Source: Octopus bimaculoides (lineage: Eukaryota). From it: a stretch of DNA of 64,000 nucleotides. The DNA lies in NCBI RefSeq assembly GCF_001194135.2, contig NC_068982.1, forward strand, positions 190,038,720 to 190,102,719, given 5' to 3'. The notes under the pieces are model-generated. The model was given only the letters and a program-made list of their open reading frames with translations. It did not search any database and was not told the DNA's origin. Position numbers and translations under genes: made by a program. Positions 63,828 through 64,000 of the stretch are shown here, in pieces; the first letter of the stretch is position 1; every line of letters starts with the position of its first letter.

Positions 63828-64000
63828 TATTAGAAAATTACTATTTGCAAATCTCACAACGAGAGATATTCAGCAACAGTACTTTGGAGTAAAGATTATT
63901 TGCCAACATAACATGGCAGTCCTGGTTTAGGTTGAATGTTGCTGTAATTTAGCCCCAGGAGACATTGTCTCCAGCTGGCTGTACGACACGATCTGTGGCA
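63828..64000. mobile_element. Family F MITE left arm, cut by the window edge
   Basis: Matches 9672-9792 and 40765-40872. Confidence 0.7.

Overview
AT-rich, microsatellite-dense animal genomic DNA from a gapped draft assembly (14 N-runs). The repeat landscape (tRNA-derived SINEs with (TG)n/(TA)n cores, RTE LINE 3' ends with (GAT)n tails, mariner and maT relics) resembles a coleoid cephalopod such as Octopus; this is an inference from recalled repeat patterns. One protein-coding gene is well supported: holocarboxylase synthetase / biotin-protein ligase (HLCS) on the minus strand. I reconstructed nine coding exons from ATG 61414 down to 41168 (2137 nt, 712 codons + 1 nt), all with GT-AG boundaries and matching phases. 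The final ~130 aa of a canonical HLCS were not found in the readable sequence, so they lie in a gap or beyond the left edge. The rest is mobile-element debris and simple repeats. The most unusual structures are fold-back palindromes: a head-to-head tRNA-like dimer at 9365-9535, a palindrome of SINE and LINE tails at 52882-53234, an inverted mariner fragment pair at 28765-29022, and several long-TIR MITEs. I found no rRNA, bona fide tRNA or CRISPR array, and no clearly novel multi-gene system. Repeat boundaries are approximate and family names need Dfam/RepeatMasker confirmation.
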